DNA of 64,000 nucleotides from Oscillospiraceae bacterium (GTDB lineage Bacteria; Bacillota; Clostridia; Oscillospirales; Ruminococcaceae): NCBI GenBank assembly GCA_009780025.1, contig WRAV01000002.1, positions 38,126 to 102,125 of the forward strand, read 5' to 3'. Shown piece by piece: positions 55,178 to 64,000 of this stretch (position 1 is its first letter; each line of letters starts with the position of its first letter). The notes under the pieces were generated by a model. It saw only the letters and a program-made list of their open reading frames with translations, ran no database searches and was not told where the DNA came from. The position numbers and the translations under genes were made by a program.

Positions 55178-56143
55178 TTAATCAAACGACTGTAAGTTAG
55201 TGTTTACTTCGCTCTCGGGTATGTCGTCGGCTATGCCCAGCCTGGTCAGCAAGTCGTGGGCAGCGTTGTAGCCCATGTTCTTCTGGCGCTGGTTCATGGC
55301 GGCGACCTCGATTATCACAGCCAGGTTGCGCCCGGGCTTTACCGGAATTGTTAGTATTGGCACCCGGTTCTCGAGTATCTCAGTGTAGGTGTTGTCCATA
55401 CCCATGCGGTCGTAGAGCTTTTTGGAATCCCACTGTTCCAGCTGGATGATCATGTTTATCTGCTCGGTTATCTTGACCGAGCCTATGCCGAACAGCCTGC
55501 GCACGTTTATTATGCCTATCCCGCGCAGCTCCATAAAGTGGCGGATATTGGCCGGGGAAGAGCCCACCAGCGTCTTTGGCGAGACCCTGCGGATTTCTAC
55601 CGCGTCGTCGGCAATTAGCCTATGGCCGCGTTTAACAAGCTCGACTGCGGTCTCGCTTTTGCCCACACCGCTCTCGCCCATCATCAAGATGCCTACGCCG
55701 TAAACTTCTATAAGCACCCCGTGCCGGGTGATGCGAGGGGCCAGCTCCACCGTAAGGTTGGAGACAAGGGCCGACACAAAAGCGGAGGTTGTCTCGTCGG
55801 TGCGCAAAAGAGCGCAGCCGTGTTTTTCGGCTGCCTGCAGTATGGTAGGGCTGGGCTCGTTGCCGTGGGCCAGCACCATGGCTATTGGTTTTTGGCTAAA
55901 CAGCTGCTCGAGCATTTCGGGCATTTCGTCTTCTCGCCGGGCAAGGTAAGCGTGCTCGGCGTTGCCCATAACTTGAATTTTCCTGTTGTCAAAGTAGTCC
56001 AAAAAACCGGCCAACTCCAGCCCCGGCCGGTTGACTTCGGGGGTGGTCACGCTTATCTGATCGGCATCCACAGGCAAATAAACCGACGTCAGGTTGTGCT
56101 GCTCCATCACATGGGAAAGCTTGACATCAAATTGTGTGCTCAA
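55178..56143 (-). CDS. hprK: HPr kinase/phosphorylase
   Basis: TTG start 56143 with GGAGG RBS; VNRPGL.L.G, HGVLIEVYG.G, GESGVGKSE.A.EL, LIADD, MELRGIGII, PVKPGRN. Confidence 0.96.
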   Translation of the reverse strand: MSTQFDVKLSHVMEQHNLTSVYLPVDADQISVTTPEVNRPGLELAGFLDYFDNRKIQVMGNAEHAYLARREDEMPEMLEQLFSQKPIAMVLAHGNEPSPTILQAAEKHGCALLRTDETTSAFVSALVSNLTVELAPRITRHGVLIEVYGVGILMMGESGVGKSETAVELVKRGHRLIADDAVEIRRVSPKTLVGSSPANIRHFMELRGIGIINVRRLFGIGSVKITEQINMIIQLEQWDSKKLYDRMGMDNTYTEILENRVPILTIPVKPGRNLAVIIEVAAMNQRQKNMGYNAAHDLLTRLGIADDIPESEVNTNLQSFD

Positions 56144-56160
56144 GTTTGGCCTCCGGCTTT

Positions 56161-56195
56161 TACAATTAACAATTGACAATTGTCAACTGCCAATT
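56161..56195. repeat. Heptamer tandem repeat (NNCAATT x5) in the hprK 5' UTR
   Basis: TACAATT-AACAATT-GACAATT-GTCAACT-GCCAATT. Confidence 0.75.
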
Positions 56196-56198
56196 GCT

Positions 56199-56227
56199 AT
56201 TATACCACGCGGCTGGCGGACACACAA
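56199..56227 (-). promoter_or_regulatory. sigma-A promoter for hprK
   Basis: TTGTGT-17 nt-TATAAT with TG extension. Confidence 0.65.
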
Positions 56228-56231
56228 GCCG

Positions 56232-56269
56232 GCGCCGGCAAATAGCGGTGGTACCGCATTTGCCGGCGC
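56232..56269. terminator. Hairpin after spoVG
   Basis: GCGCCGGCAAAT...ATTTGCCGGCGC with inner GCGGT/ACCGC. Confidence 0.65.
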
Positions 56270-56302
56270 TATTTATTGACGAACCCACCCGGTGTGCGTG
56301 CG

Positions 56303-56683
56303 CTACATGCTGTGCCCGGCCGCATCGGGGTTGCTGTAGCTGTGGGTATTCGGACCCCACGCCACAGCAGACTGCGACGACTCTCCATTTGCCCGGTGGT
56401 GTGGTGGCTCTACTTCCGCGCTGGCCCTCTCGAGGTACTCGTGGTAGGCCGAAAGTATCGCGCTTTCCAGCGTGCCCCTTGCTTGGGGGGTTATGGGGTG
56501 GCAGATATCCCTAAATACGCTGTTGTCGTCCTTGCGGCTGGGCATTGCCACGAACAGGCGCTCCGGGCCCTCTATCACCTTAATATCGTGCACGGCTAAA
56601 TCATTGTCAATCGTGACCGAAACCAGCGCTTTTAAGCGTGTGTCCTGGTAAGTTCTCCGCACCCTTATATCCGTTATATTCAA
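56303..56683 (-). CDS. spoVG: Septation regulator / RNA-binding protein SpoVG
   Basis: TTG start 56683 with GGGAGG RBS; ITDIRVR, LKALVSVT.D...VHDIKVIEG...LFVAMPSRK, FRDICHPI. Confidence 0.95.
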   Translation of the reverse strand: MNITDIRVRRTYQDTRLKALVSVTIDNDLAVHDIKVIEGPERLFVAMPSRKDDNSVFRDICHPITPQARGTLESAILSAYHEYLERASAEVEPPHHRANGESSQSAVAWGPNTHSYSNPDAAGHSM

Positions 56684-56962
56684 ACGAAAGACCCTCCCTA
56701 AAGTTGCATGTTTGTTGGCTTTATTATTTTTACAGCGCGGCACATTTATGCATCCGCGGGCTATCTTTTGCAAAATATCCTGCCAAAATTTATTGCCGGG
56801 GTTTTCTTCCTGGGAAAATATGTTATAATGGTCACTGAGGGTCGTGACCATTATAATTATGCGCAGCGCCTCGCCCCTGTGGGGCAACCGGCCTTTTGGT
56901 GCGCAATTACTAAAACCGAAGTACACATATTGCGAACATTATAACCACCAAGGAGCTTCTCT

Positions 56963-58330
56963 ATGACCCTAGATACTCTAGCCCAAAATCCTTGCCGGGT
57001 GCATTTTATAGGTGTGGGCGGTGCCGGTATTTTCCCGCTGGTGCAAATTTTTGCCGCCCAGGGGCACACACTGCAGGGCTCGGACAACAACCCCGGAGAC
57101 ACAACCCAAGCCGAGGAGCTGATGGGGGTGAAGGTCTTTATCGGCCACCGCGCAGAACAGGTCGCCGGTGCCGAGCTTGTTATTTACTCTGCGGCCATAC
57201 CCAAAGATAACCCAGAGCTATTGGCCGCCGGGGAGCTGGGCATACCTGTTTTTGAGCGGGCTCAAGTGCTCGGCTGGCTGAGCAAGCAGTACCCACTGTG
57301 CATCGGTGTTGCGGGCTCTCACGGAAAGACTTCCGCGACCGCTATGCTCTCCCAGATACTGGTTGGCGCGGGACTTGACCCAACTTGCGTTATCGGCGGC
57401 AAGCTGCCTCTTATAGGCGGCGGTGGTCGCGCCGGTAGCGGGCCGCTGATGGCGGTAGAGGCTTGCGAATACAAGGACACCTTCCTCAGCCTTAGCTGTT
57501 CGGTGAGTATAATTCTCAACGTTGACGCCGACCACCTCGAATATTTCGGCGATTTAGGCGGTGTTATCCGCTCGTTTAGACAGTTTGCGCAAAATACTTC
57601 TCGTCTGGTTATCGCCTGCGGGGACGACGAAAACACACGCGCTGCTTTGCGCGGGCTTGACAAAGAGGTTCTGACATTCGGCTTTGAGGCGGGGAACGAC
57701 TACACCGCCGAGAATATAAATATCGTAGAACCTACCCGACAGGAGTTCGATCTTGTTTTTCGCGGAAAAAGGCTTGCGCGGCTCTCGCTGCGTGTGCCTG
57801 GACGGCACAACATTCTAAATGCGCTGGCTGCCTGCGCCGGGGCCTTGGCAGTAGGCGCTACCCCTGCCCAGCTGGAGGAGACCTTGCCCGGCTTTAGAGG
57901 GGTAGGGCGCAGATTTGAGGTCTTGGGCAAAGCGCGCGGTGTAACCATAGCCGACGACTACGCCCATCATCCCATCGAGTTGGCCGCTACCCTAAAAGTC
58001 GCGATGGAGATGGGCTACCGACAAGTGTGGGCGGTCTTCCAACCGTTCACCTTCTCGCGAACAAAACACTTCCTGGACGGCTTTGCGCAGGCACTGAAAA
58101 TACCGCACTGCACTGTGCTCAGCGCAATTATGGGCGGGCGGGAGCAGAACACCTACGACGTTCACACGCGGGATTTAGCGGAGAAGATACCCGGCTGTGT
58201 CTGGTTTGAGAGCTTTGAGGAAATTGCCGGGTACGTGATGAAAAACGCACAGCCCGGGGACCTGGTGCTCACACTGGGCTGCGGAGATGTGTACAAGTGC
58301 GCTAAGATGATGTTAGGGGCTGGCAGCTAG
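56963..58330 (+). CDS. murC: UDP-N-acetylmuramate--L-alanine ligase
   Basis: HFIGVGGAG, GVAGSHGKTS, EACEY, DADHL.Y, G.HNILNA, DDYAHHP.E, FQPFTFSRT. Confidence 0.96.
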   Translation: MTLDTLAQNPCRVHFIGVGGAGIFPLVQIFAAQGHTLQGSDNNPGDTTQAEELMGVKVFIGHRAEQVAGAELVIYSAAIPKDNPELLAAGELGIPVFERAQVLGWLSKQYPLCIGVAGSHGKTSATAMLSQILVGAGLDPTCVIGGKLPLIGGGGRAGSGPLMAVEACEYKDTFLSLSCSVSIILNVDADHLEYFGDLGGVIRSFRQFAQNTSRLVIACGDDENTRAALRGLDKEVLTFGFEAGNDYTAENINIVEPTRQEFDLVFRGKRLARLSLRVPGRHNILNALAACAGALAVGATPAQLEETLPGFRGVGRRFEVLGKARGVTIADDYAHHPIELAATLKVAMEMGYRQVWAVFQPFTFSRTKHFLDGFAQALKIPHCTVLSAIMGGREQNTYDVHTRDLAEKIPGCVWFESFEEIAGYVMKNAQPGDLVLTLGCGDVYKCAKMMLGAGS

Positions 58331-58393
58331 CGCAGAGACCCCTGCTTTTGCTGCCATATTTTCGTACTAAGTTTTTCATGTGGGTGATTGGAT

Positions 58394-59986
58394 ATGTACG
58401 ATTTTCTATTTACAAACGCCTCTGTGATAGATGGCAGCGGAGCCGCGCCTTACACCGCCGATATAGGGGTATCCGACGGAAAGATCGTCGCTATATCCCC
58501 TAGCCTCCAAGTAGATGCCTCCCGGAAAATTGATCTTGATGGGCGGATTTTGGCCCCTGGATTTATTGATATCCACCGACACGCCGATGCCGCGCTCCTG
58601 CGGCCCGAATTTGGAGAGGCCGAGCTTTTTCAAGGAATCACCACTATCGTGAATGGGAATTGCGGCATGAGCGTTACACCGTTATCATTGCCCTACCGCG
58701 AAGAGGTGTTGGGCTATCTATCACCTGTAGTAGGCAGCCTTCCGGCAGGAGTGGAATTCGAAAGCTTTTCCAGCTATGTCAGCCTTCTAAAGAGAAGAGC
58801 GCTTCCGTTGAACATAGGCTCTCATGTCGGCAGCGGAACAATGCGCGCCACAGCTATCGGTTACAGGGAAAAATCTCTAAGCAATAGCGCGCAGAAGCTT
58901 TTGCACCAAAGCCTTGAAGAGGCTATGTCGGCCGGCGCGCTTGGAGTTTCGGTGGGGTTTTCGTACATGCCCGACCTTTACTATTCCCCGGAGGAGCTTG
59001 CAGAAGCTCTAGCCCCTATGCGCGGTACCGATATCCCACTTGTCTGTCATGTGCGGGGTGAGGGAGATATGTTATATGAATCGGTGCGCGAGGCAATAGA
59101 GGCAGCTAAGCTTCTTAGCGTTCCACTTCATCTCAGCCACTTCAAATGCATTGGCCGGCGAAATTGGGGGACTCTGCTAGGCAAAACCATAGAGTTGATT
59201 GAAGACTCTCGGCAGAGTGGTACCGAAATAATGTGCGACGTATACCCATGGGCAGCCGGAAGCACTCAGATGGCCTGTTTGCTCCCGCCTCAGTTTTTGC
59301 AGGGCGGGCCGACGCAAGTGGTAGAGCGGCTTGCCGACACCAAAAAGCGTAAAGTTTGCCGAGATATAATGAGCAGGCCAAGTTCGGAGTTTGAAAACAT
59401 TGCGGAAAGTATGGGTTGGCAGTCGATTTACGTGAGCGGACTGGGAAGCGAGAAAAATCGCTGGTGTATCGGCAAAAGCATCGTGCAGATAGCAGAGATT
59501 CGCAAAGTTGACCCGTTCGATGCGGCATGTGATCTTTTGGTCGAGGAAAACTGCAATGTCACTATGGTAGATTATATTACGTGTGAAGAGGATATCGAGA
59601 CAATTTTGCGCCTTAACTACAGCTGCTTAATATCCGATGCTATTTATCCGGATTCCGGACTGCCGCATCCGCGCGGATATGGCAATGTCGCAATGTTCCT
59701 CAGCGAGTATGTAAAAAAACGCGGTACCCTAACGATTGAGCAGGCAGTGCATAAGATGACCGCTCTACCGGCGAAGGCGATGCGCATAAAAACCAAGGGA
59801 CTGATTCGAGAAGGTTTCGACGCGGATATTGTGGTTATAGAAAAAGATGGCATCCGCAGTGAAGCTGATTTTGAAAATCCCACACGGCTGACAGAGGGAA
59901 TATATCTGGCTATGGTAAATGGCAAGATCGTACTAGAAGGTGGCTCTATTACCGGAGCTATGAGTGGCAGGTATGTGCGGCGTTGA
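58394..59986 (+). CDS. N-acyl-D-amino-acid deacylase (D-aminoacylase)
   Basis: PGFIDIHRH, QGITTIVNGNCG, HVRGE, HLSHFK, DVYPW, PHPRGYG, EGFDADIV. Confidence 0.9.
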   Translation: MYDFLFTNASVIDGSGAAPYTADIGVSDGKIVAISPSLQVDASRKIDLDGRILAPGFIDIHRHADAALLRPEFGEAELFQGITTIVNGNCGMSVTPLSLPYREEVLGYLSPVVGSLPAGVEFESFSSYVSLLKRRALPLNIGSHVGSGTMRATAIGYREKSLSNSAQKLLHQSLEEAMSAGALGVSVGFSYMPDLYYSPEELAEALAPMRGTDIPLVCHVRGEGDMLYESVREAIEAAKLLSVPLHLSHFKCIGRRNWGTLLGKTIELIEDSRQSGTEIMCDVYPWAAGSTQMACLLPPQFLQGGPTQVVERLADTKKRKVCRDIMSRPSSEFENIAESMGWQSIYVSGLGSEKNRWCIGKSIVQIAEIRKVDPFDAACDLLVEENCNVTMVDYITCEEDIETILRLNYSCLISDAIYPDSGLPHPRGYGNVAMFLSEYVKKRGTLTIEQAVHKMTALPAKAMRIKTKGLIREGFDADIVVIEKDGIRSEADFENPTRLTEGIYLAMVNGKIVLEGGSITGAMSGRYVRR

Positions 59987-60166
59987 CGAGAATTTTACAT
60001 TTGCTTTTTTGATCGGCAGGCTTCCTGCCAACTAGCGAGGCAGCATTTGTCGTATGACGTCGATTTTTGTTGTATTTATGTGAAAATTATGGCAATATGT
60101 AACTGCAATCAGCAGCGTCCAGACGCTGAGGGTGGTTAGGTTGTTCCTCCATTCGGAGGTGATGTT

Positions 60167-60250
60167 GTGGTTACATACAGCGAGCTGTTCTATTTTTCGC
60201 TCGTAATCATCGGCGTTATTGGCCTATGCCTAGCGTATAAAAAGAAATAA
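60167..60250 (+). CDS. 27-aa single-TM type I toxin-like peptide (holin-like toxin family)
   Basis: Not in the ORF track. MVTYSELFYFSLVIIGVIGLCLAYKKK; GGAGGTGA RBS paired with upstream CCTCC; promoter TTGTAT-17-CAATAT at 60070-60098. Confidence 0.8.
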   Translation: MVTYSELFYFSLVIIGVIGLCLAYKKK

Positions 60251-60266
60251 CCGCACCTAGGCGGTT
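60241..60266 (-). terminator. Terminator for the chromate-transporter transcript, overlapping the toxin stop codon
   Basis: Minus strand AACCGC-ctaggt-GCGGTT-ATTTCTTT; homologous to the 53195-53212 hairpin. Confidence 0.6.
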
Positions 60267-60273
60267 TGGTTGG

Positions 60274-60837
60274 CTATGCAATCAGTAGCCCCGCCACCGC
60301 ACCCGCGCCGATATAGAGCGCCGGGTGCTTTTTGTATTTGAGCATCCCGGCCAGAGCCAGACCAAAGAGCAGAATAGCCTGCCAGTTAACCAGAGCCGCC
60401 CACTCTCCCACTGCCGGGGCGAGATCCACCTGGTGGAGCAGGGTCATCCTCGCGAGCATAAGCAGGGCCAGGGTTATAAGAGCGAGCACCGCAGGTCGCA
60501 CGCCCTCAAGACCCGCCTGCAGCTGCCAGCTCTCCCTAAAGCGATCCACCACTTTGCAGACAAGGCCGACGATTACAATCGGTGGTAGGGTGAGTCCCAG
60601 TGTGGCCACCGCCCCGCCCAAAACCCCCGCTGCCTGAAACCCAGCGTATGTCGCCATATTCACAGCTATCGCGCCTGGGGTGGTCTCGGCCAGAGCGACC
60701 ATAAAGCTTACGTCCTCCGCCGTGAACCAGCCGGTGCGCCCGGAAAGCTCGTAAATAAACGGCAGTGTAGCCAGCCCACCGCCAAATGCGAACACACCCA
60801 TTCGCAAAAACTCGAGGAAGAGGAACAGATAGATCAT
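60274..60837 (-). CDS. Short-chain chromate transporter (ChrA family)
   Basis: FLRMGVFAFGGG, AETTPG.IAVN.ATY.G, GVRPAV.ALI. Confidence 0.92.
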   Translation of the reverse strand: MIYLFLFLEFLRMGVFAFGGGLATLPFIYELSGRTGWFTAEDVSFMVALAETTPGAIAVNMATYAGFQAAGVLGGAVATLGLTLPPIVIVGLVCKVVDRFRESWQLQAGLEGVRPAVLALITLALLMLARMTLLHQVDLAPAVGEWAALVNWQAILLFGLALAGMLKYKKHPALYIGAGAVAGLLIA

Positions 60838-61385
60838 CTCTCTGCCTCCACTCTGCGCCGCAGGGCGCTATGGGCAATGCCGGCTAGGATTGCACAGGCC
60901 ACCACCGCGATAATAGGCACCCCCACAAGCAAAACCAGCGCCAGCGTAACAATGTACACCACAATTCCGAAGGTATCCTTTACCGAAGACTTCCAGAGCT
61001 TGATGATAGCCTGCACAATTAGCGCGCATACAACCACGCGTATCCCGAAGAATGCCCGCTGCACAAGCTCCTGCCCCAGAAAACCCTGAATAAACGCGGC
61101 GATAAACGTGATGAGAACAAACGATGGCACCACCACGCCCAGACAGGCAACGGTGCTGCCGCGGGTACCGGCCAGCTTGTGGCCCACAAAAGCGGCCACG
61201 TTTATCATTATCACCCCCGGCAGGCTCTGGGAAAGGGCGTAGTAATCGGCCACTTCCTCCTTGGTCAGCCAGCCGCGGCGCTCAACGGCCTCCCTGTGCA
61301 TTATGGGCAGCATGGCGTAGCCGCCCCCAAATGTGAGCGCGCCTATTTTGGTAAATGTGGTGAAAATTTCTCGATAGAGCTTCAT
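60834..61385 (-). CDS. Short-chain chromate transporter (ChrA family), partner subunit
   Basis: FTKIGALTFGGGYAML, SQSLPG.I.INVA.FVG, GIRVVV.ALI. Confidence 0.92.
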   Translation of the reverse strand: MKLYREIFTTFTKIGALTFGGGYAMLPIMHREAVERRGWLTKEEVADYYALSQSLPGVIMINVAAFVGHKLAGTRGSTVACLGVVVPSFVLITFIAAFIQGFLGQELVQRAFFGIRVVVCALIVQAIIKLWKSSVKDTFGIVVYIVTLALVLLVGVPIIAVVACAILAGIAHSALRRRVEAER

Positions 61386-61417
61386 TGGGCGGCACGCCTT
61401 TCAGAGGTAAGTGTCTT

Positions 61418-62338
61418 TTATTCTTCCGTGGCAAAAGCGTCTTCTGCCGGCTCACTTTCGGGCTCCGGTGGGTCGGCAGGCAACTCAGCCTCCGCCGCCT
61501 GTGGTCGAAGCAGCAGCCCTACCCACAGTAGGTGCAGCCGCCAGAGCCAGACGGTGTGGTCGCGCATTGCTATATCCGGCGGGGTGAACGAAAAGTCGAA
61601 AAAGGTCGAAAAGTAGATGATTTGGGTCGTTACCAGCACTGCCGCAATCACTATCGCCCCGATAGCCGTTTTGCTCAAAGTCAGCTGCTTAAGTGACAGG
61701 CCGCCGATGGTAAAGCGGTAGATTAGTGCAAGGTCCAAAAACTTTAAAAGATACCATGCAACTGGCCAGAAGACTCTGGTCAATATTCCTGGCTCGTAGT
61801 TAAAGTTGTTGTCAATTAAGAACTGTAGCTGGTCGCCCCCATATAGCAGAAACTGCATAAGAAGCGAGAACAATCGCTGTGCCTGCGCTATGCCCACGGT
61901 TATCGCCGCGCAGAGCAAAACATTGCGCAACGTGAGGTAGCTCAGAGGATTGCGTTTGTGCAGGATAAAGAATACCCCGCAGAAAAACAGCAGGTTGAAC
62001 AAAGTGGGGAATATAAAAGTATTTAGCACCTGAGGGGCTCCCGAAAACCTAAACATATCAAATGTCTCTCGAGTCTCTCGGGTGAGAAACCATTCGATAA
62101 ACTCAAAGAGCCGCCACGGTAGGTTCCTGCTGACCCCATCAAATGCGAACATAAACGCAACCGATGCCAACATCCAACTGCGTGTGCCGAGTTCAAGTAA
62201 TATAGGGCTGGCAGCAACTTCTTTGGCCGGCGGATCGCCTATCTCTTCCGGCCGCTCTTCCATCAGCTCGACCTCACAGTCTGAGCACTGGGCAAAGCCG
62301 TCGCGGTATTCGGCCTTGCATTTTGGACACCAGGGCAT
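61418..62338 (-). CDS. Hypothetical membrane protein with an N-terminal zinc ribbon
   Basis: MPWCPKCKAEYRDGFAQCSDC (two CxxC); about six TM segments; acidic tail. Confidence 0.75.
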   Translation of the reverse strand: MPWCPKCKAEYRDGFAQCSDCEVELMEERPEEIGDPPAKEVAASPILLELGTRSWMLASVAFMFAFDGVSRNLPWRLFEFIEWFLTRETRETFDMFRFSGAPQVLNTFIFPTLFNLLFFCGVFFILHKRNPLSYLTLRNVLLCAAITVGIAQAQRLFSLLMQFLLYGGDQLQFLIDNNFNYEPGILTRVFWPVAWYLLKFLDLALIYRFTIGGLSLKQLTLSKTAIGAIVIAAVLVTTQIIYFSTFFDFSFTPPDIAMRDHTVWLWRLHLLWVGLLLRPQAAEAELPADPPEPESEPAEDAFATEE

Positions 62339-62464
62339 CTCGCCACCCCTTTCATTTCTGTTAACAGCCTACCAATATTTACTGCGTTAGTCAAGCCTGC
62401 ACCGGGTGCACACAAAATAGAGCGGACGCTTACCATCGTCCACTCTATGTGTTGCATGTGATGC

Positions 62465-62932
62465 TTAGGGGTTGGGGGTAAAGTACGGTACTACCGTCCA
62501 GGTGAGCATCGCCTTGTGATCTGCAGCCAACGGTATATCGGTGGGCCTTGTGCGCACTTCAATGCGGTCGAAGCCAGTGGTGTCGGCCCAGTTGATAATT
62601 GTAAGCAGATCGTCGTTGTCTTGCTCGAAGACGTCTATATCCGAAAGTATCGGGAGCAGGTTGGTGAGCGGGTCGTCGCTCTCTCTAAACAGCCTACTGG
62701 CAAGCTCGTCACAGCTGTTATACGCGTTTGCTCTAACCTACAATTCCCAGCTATCGGCGCCCACACCGTTAAATATGGTGAATTCCACGTCATTGGGATC
62801 GGTTCCGTTGACTGGGTCTCGGCCAAGGTAGATTTCATCCGGCAGGAACATATTGATCGTGTGGTGCCCGTAGTGCAGATTTTCCGCTTCTGCGCTTATA
62901 CTGAAGCCCAGCACTTTGAACTGCACCCCCAA
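62465..62932 (-). pseudogene. WxL-domain surface-protein remnant with an in-frame amber stop
   Basis: The reading frame continues past TAG (62738-62740): GADSWEL*VRAN...HKAMLTWTVVP. No 5' part or RBS; downstream terminator at 62417-62448. Confidence 0.6.
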
Positions 62933-63069
62933 AGTTAGGCAGTATGATATACTGTTTAGTGGAAGGGCTTTATTCTTTGGTAAAGTTGCCTGTTTATTGT
63001 GTCAAGAAAATGGGCAGACTGACTGAAAATATTATGCTAATAAATGGCAGTTGAAAGGAGCGTCTAGCG

Positions 63070-63393
63070 ATGAGAAAAATCGGCAAAAACAGAAAGCTGT
63101 TTCAGGGGATTGGTATAGGGTATGTAGTCTGCTTGATTACCCATGTCATAGCGGCTCTGTTGCCTGTGTATGCGATAATTCCTTTTATTAACAACCTTGG
63201 CGAACACAGCCACCATTCACATGGCGGAGTAATGGAGCATATTTTTACGGATATTCTGATTTTGACCTCTGTAATCGTCCCAGTGGTATTGTTGACGTAT
63301 ATCGGTCACAGGGTTGTCAGGCATATTAAGTGCAAATACGGAGATGTACACGAGGTCAATCACTGCGACGAGTGTCAACATAGAACGTTTTGA
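63070..63393 (+). CDS. Small His/Cys-rich two-TM membrane protein
   Basis: AAAGGAG RBS; EHSHHSHGG loop; C-terminal HEVNHCDECQH. Confidence 0.7.
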   Translation: MRKIGKNRKLFQGIGIGYVVCLITHVIAALLPVYAIIPFINNLGEHSHHSHGGVMEHIFTDILILTSVIVPVVLLTYIGHRVVRHIKCKYGDVHEVNHCDECQHRTF

Positions 63394-63559
63394 CAACCTT
63401 TGGGTTCGGTTGTAATCAGACAACATTTGTCAAGGAGGTTCTGTCTAATTTCTAAAAATATTTTTTAATACCAAAAATCTCAACCTCCACAACACAAAAA
63501 AAGTGCCGCCAAACTACATAAAGTTTGACGGCATAGATCGTTTTAAGTTTTCGTATGAG

Positions 63560-64000
63560 CTACTTCACAACCTCACGCACAGCTTCAATCAACCTTTCCA
63601 TATCCCCCGGATATACTTCGCCTATATTCCCGATACGGAACGTATCGGCCTGCGAGATTTTGCCGGGGTACAGCACAAATCCTTTTGCCTTAACGGCCTC
63701 ATAGAACACTTTGAAATCAAATTTATCATCAGGATACAAGAATGACGTTATAATTGGCGATTGCATGTTATCAGGCAGCAGGGTTGTGAATCCAATCTCA
63801 CGCATACCAGCTACCATCACGCTATGGTTTTTGCTATATCTGGCGTGACGCGCCGTAATGCCGCCCTCCGCTTCAAGCTCATCGAGTGCCTGATAAAATG
63901 CGCGTACAACATGGGTTGGAGATGTATAGCGCCACTTGCCGGATTTGTCCATTTCTTGCCATTGGCCGACCAAATCCATGCAGAGAGAGCGGGCATTTCC
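63560..64000 (-). CDS. phnW: 2-aminoethylphosphonate--pyruvate transaminase, 3' part (runs off the window end)
   Basis: [45 protein letters not shown]. Confidence 0.9.
   Translation of the reverse strand, partial: GNARSLCMDLVGQWQEMDKSGKWRYTSPTHVVRAFYQALDELEAEGGITARHARYSKNHSVMVAGMREIGFTTLLPDNMQSPIITSFLYPDDKFDFKVFYEAVKAKGFVLYPGKISQADTFRIGNIGEVYPGDMERLIEAVREVVK

Noticed and set aside
56247-56257. GGTGGTACCGC resembles a T-box antiterminator core
   Set aside because: It sits in the loop of a symmetric hairpin, has no stem I or specifier region, and has no plus-strand amino-acid gene downstream. It is better explained as the hairpin after spoVG.
56770-56815. sigma-H promoter for spoVG (AGGA boxes)
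   Set aside because: Two AGGA-type -35 candidates are present, but neither has a GAAT -10 at the 11-12 nt spacing.
62738-62740. In-frame TAG as possible pyrrolysine or stop-codon recoding
   Set aside because: There are no pyl genes in the window, many intact genes use TAG as stop, and the gene also lacks its 5' end. A nonsense mutation is simpler.
1-64000. CRISPR array, tRNA, rRNA, integrase or transposase
   Set aside because: I found no regularly spaced direct repeats with unique spacers, no tRNA cloverleaf or rRNA signature, and no ORF with recombinase or transposase motifs by eye. Automated scans were not run.

Overview
Chromosomal segment of an anaerobic, spore-forming Firmicute (Clostridia; the gene style suggests Oscillospirales/Ruminococcaceae, which is an inference). 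It is moderately GC-rich with several AT-rich accessory patches. Most of the window is housekeeping and metabolic genes: a glycerol-3-phosphate module (glpA-like, glpP, glpQ), an aldehyde:ferredoxin oxidoreductase operon, a Liv-type ABC transporter flanked by a CysK-like enzyme and an ATC-hydrolase-like protein, mltG, thyX, pcrA, oadGB, ispDF, panC, SleC-like and amidase genes, rplM-rpsI, rex, pncB, pfkA, dnaE, whiA, rapZ, murB, hprK, spoVG, murC, a D-aminoacylase, a chromate-transporter pair and a partial phnW. I found no rRNA, tRNA, CRISPR array, integrase or transposase. The most notable items are not in the ORF track. (1) A dispersed family of GTAG-headed REP-like palindromes includes a 78-bp doublet that sits intergenically at 55069-55146 and also exactly in frame (26 codons) inside dnaE at 47214-47291. 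Several other copies overlap TAG stop codons. (2) There are two paralogous type I toxin-antitoxin-like loci: an intact 27-aa membrane peptide at 60167-60250, and a frameshifted copy at 53123-53206 with a convergent candidate antisense RNA. (3) A type II TA module downstream of rpsI has a doubly frameshifted toxin, is flanked by direct repeats, and lies next to a stand-alone thioester-domain protein. (4) Smaller items are a 44-aa Cys/Gly-rich membrane peptide, a structured 180-nt leader before an M23 peptidase, a probable GlpP-type leader terminator and a WxL-domain pseudogene.
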